The position numbers and the translations under genes are program-made. A stretch of DNA of 63,942 bases, counting the filler, from Asterionella formosa (lineage: Eukaryota): assembly GCA_002256025.1 (NCBI GenBank). It is 8 parts of 8 records of this genome, joined end to end, with 100 filler letters (N's around TTAATTAATTAA, not from the genome) between each part and the next. Parts side by side here need not be neighbours in the genome. Positions count along the whole stretch, not along the records: positions 58,865 to 63,942 come from NKIB01012399.1; 7 more parts are not named here. One strand, 5' to 3'. Below the pieces are notes generated by a model. That model saw only the letters and a program-made list of their open reading frames with translations, did no database searches and was not told the origin of the DNA. Below are positions 61,265 through 63,942 of the stretch, in pieces; position 1 is the first letter of the stretch; every line of letters begins with the position of its first letter.

Positions 61265-61798
61265 TTAGCCCTCGTACCCTTCCGTCACGGCGTAGAATCG
61301 GAGTGATGACAGTGAGCTATCTGTATCCCGCCTTGATCGAGTCCGGTCCATGATTGGAAAGGAAATTTCGTGCGGTTGCCGAGGCGGCGAGTGTTGCTCC
61401 CATGTTTCCATCTCAATTGGAGCCTTTTTGACACTCGTCGGAATCGTAGTACATGTGGAAGTTGTGACCGTCGTGGCCGTATCCAACGAACGACTAGGAC
61501 TGTGCGGAAACTTGGTTGAACAAGTCGAAGGCATGAGCGTTATGTGCCCCTTATGGCGTTGTTGGTTTGACTTTCTCTTCTTGGAAACGGAAACGACGGA
61601 AGCAGCGTCGTCCTCGCGCCAGACAGATCGGGCAGCGTCGTCCGATTCGTAGGAACTGGTGTCTCTGATTTCCACATTTTCTTGATAGAGTTGCTCTTTC
61701 GCATACGAGCCGCAGCAAATTAGGTCCACGAAACCTATGCTTCGAGCCAACCATTCTAGATTAGAACGAGGAGATGTGCAGCCGCTAGAGTAAGGCAT
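61265..61798 (-). CDS. Hypothetical Ser/Thr-rich disordered protein
   Basis: 177-aa ATG ORF with higher GC than its flanks. No recognised domain. Confidence 0.55.
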   Translation of the reverse strand: MPYSSGCTSPRSNLEWLARSIGFVDLICCGSYAKEQLYQENVEIRDTSSYESDDAARSVWREDDAASVVSVSKKRKSNQQRHKGHITLMPSTCSTKFPHSPSRSLDTATTVTTSTCTTIPTSVKKAPIEMETWEQHSPPRQPHEISFPIMDRTRSRRDTDSSLSSLRFYAVTEGYEG

Positions 61799-63667
61799 GC
61801 TTCTATTGTGCTCTGTTCCAATCGATACTAATCAGCTGAGTTTCCCTAAACAATACCGGTACTTCAATTTGATTCGATTCCCAAGAGTACGTTGTCGTGA
61901 GAAACTAGAGGTGCTGGGCGGTGTACCGGTAATTGCCGTCCACAGCCAAGAAAGTGAGTAATGAAGTGCTGCGTTCAAAACACGAACACAAAAATCGAAT
62001 TGAAGGAGATGATGTAACATGTAATTATGAGTTACTCATCTTGCCAGGATGATGACTGCTTGCATGTGTTCAGGTTTCATTCCACGAGACATGCTTTTGC
62101 GATGCGTCCCTTCCAGTATGGTGATGTCAATCACACCAAATGGCATACCGATTCACGTACAAGTGAACGAGTGGAGTTTTGAAAACTACGCACACGACTG
62201 GCTCGCCACAGTCCTTCCATAGCTCGTGCTGGCGCAAGAAAACAAGACTGCCGAAACAACCTCTGTAGGGTGCTCTCTCATTTCATGAACCAACATTCAT
62301 TTTGATAGTAAAAGTACCTGATACCATCACACGTAGGTCGCTCCATCATTCAACGCCTCACGGGATTGATGACAGTGAGTCTTACTAACGGTACAGTGGT
62401 AAAGGTACTGGCACGGTTTCCTACCGGTATATTATATACACCGGTACCTCGTGCGTAACAGTAGTCTACTGGTAGTTGCTTTGCTTATCTACAGCAAGTA
62501 GTAAAAGATAGATTGCATAATAAAATGATTCTTCACTATCCACTCTCGCTACACCGTACTTTACTTCCTTTTACAGTTCTGTCGACTTATTTGAGTTTGC
62601 CTCAATTACCTGTAATACATGCCGTGGTCAAAAATATCATCGAGCAGTAAACTACTAGCTAATTCTTCACCATGTGTTAAGTAGCATGTAGCAATGCGAA
62701 AACTATATGAGTAATGCCAGTCGTGATAGGATTCATACTACCAGGTAACTCCTGGTCTCCTTGCTTGTTGAGTTGGAGGCGCCATAGTGGCGAAAGGTTT
62801 CATCTTGTTAGCGATCTTGCAACTGACCATGTTATGAAAGAAATTGAAAAGCAGATACGATTACCACCCACATTTCCGTTGATTCAAACACCACCATAAT
62901 TTGTGTCGCAAGGTTGTTCAAATGCTTACCACGACATGACTATAAAAGAAAGGTCAAGTAAACAATGTAGGGAGTGTGGTCGAAGGATTTAAAAATCAAA
63001 ACCACTGACCTATGCATACCAGGATGCCCATGGTCACCATGCATCGCAGTTGGACTAAGCAGCATCGATTACCGGTATTGGTCTCAAATATACAAAACCT
63101 CAACGTACTATGTAGTCCTAAGTGAACCTACTAGCTACGACAGTGGACGCATTTGATCATTGCTACGATCGCTATACCGGCATGAATTTCGTTCCGGGTC
63201 ACTACCAGTAAATAATACTGTCCACATCAGGTAGTACTGCCGGCTGTAATTTCATCAACAGTGCGGTACTACATGGGATTTGCACTTGCATATTGGTGAC
63301 CTTTGGACAGCCCCCTACATGCAAGTTCAAAGGGGCTGGTGAAGCAATGAAGTTTTCTTTGAAAGCGATATGGAGTAAGGTATGACAAGACATTACTATC
63401 AGTTTTCCGAACAAAGATAACTAGATAACTAGACCCATGTTGCTGTGTATCTCCTTCCACAGTCACTATTAATGGCCTATATTGTTATTAGTGAGACAAT
63501 TTCATTTCAGTTTCACATTCATGTCCATGAACTCTCAATTATTTCACTTCAGACATCGACCCACTCAGCAACAATCGGGTTTCCACAATTTGTAGTTAAA
63601 TTCACAAATAAATGCATGTAAATCTTGACCTCCTTCATGGGCTTGCCGTCGTCACTGCATTACAAGA

Positions 63668-63880
63668 TTATTGCCCATTCACGGGAATTTTTACTCCATC
63701 GTCTTCCGTAGCTACCAGTCCATTGTTGTCGGATTTTTGCATAAGGGGATGTTCGGCTCTTGGAACGTACCCGTGCGGCATTTCTCCACGTTCCTTTTGC
63801 TTCTTCTTGTCATGTTTTATCATCACATGTACAGAGTCATCGACAGCATTGAGTCCGTCTTTACTAGCATTGCATCCCAT
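63668..63880 (-). CDS. Small (70 aa) protein with an N-myristoylation/palmitoylation motif
   Basis: Starts MGCNASK (G2, C3, S6, K7). Confidence 0.65.
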   Translation of the reverse strand: MGCNASKDGLNAVDDSVHVMIKHDKKKQKERGEMPHGYVPRAEHPLMQKSDNNGLVATEDDGVKIPVNGQ

Positions 63881-63942
63881 GATTTGTGTTTTCCTGCAGG
63901 AATGCTGGGTCAGAATAGACAAATGAGAAGTTAAGGAAATAA

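Overview
This is eukaryotic nuclear DNA, most likely from a diatom (stramenopile). The support is short GT-AG introns, an 'SAF' bipartite plastid presequence on ClpS and CoDi-type copia elements. The window is not one locus. It is eight contigs, the complete ones about 8.3 kb each, joined by N44-TTAATTAATTAA-N44 linkers in near-decreasing length order, so adjacency across linkers means nothing. Contigs 1, 2, 4 and 6 consist largely of nested, decayed transposons: Ty1/copia, pogo-like, Kolobok-like with non-autonomous derivatives, Harbinger, a putative tyrosine-recombinase element and a Ulp1-protease relic. Contigs 3, 5, 7 and 8 carry host genes: alpha/beta hydrolase, DnaJ, SGNH/PC-esterase-like protein, GH5 glucanase, ClpS, TruA, class III aminotransferase, GT31, GAPN-like ALDH, EGF-repeat protein, FTR1, RCC1-like protein and a small acylated protein. 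Four observations stand out. (1) The abundant TACCGGTA/TACCWGGTA motifs are insertions at TA sites when paralogous repeat copies are compared; they look like stacked excision footprints of TA-targeting transposons and appear to seed tandem repeats. (2) A pogo element carries a second, convergent, intact ORF of unknown (possibly HIRAN-like) function. (3) A Kolobok-like family keeps an internal hairpin with compensatory changes. (4) A tRNA-like Pol III unit lies back-to-back with a G:U-rich hairpin. All protein calls come from motif recognition; no database search was run.
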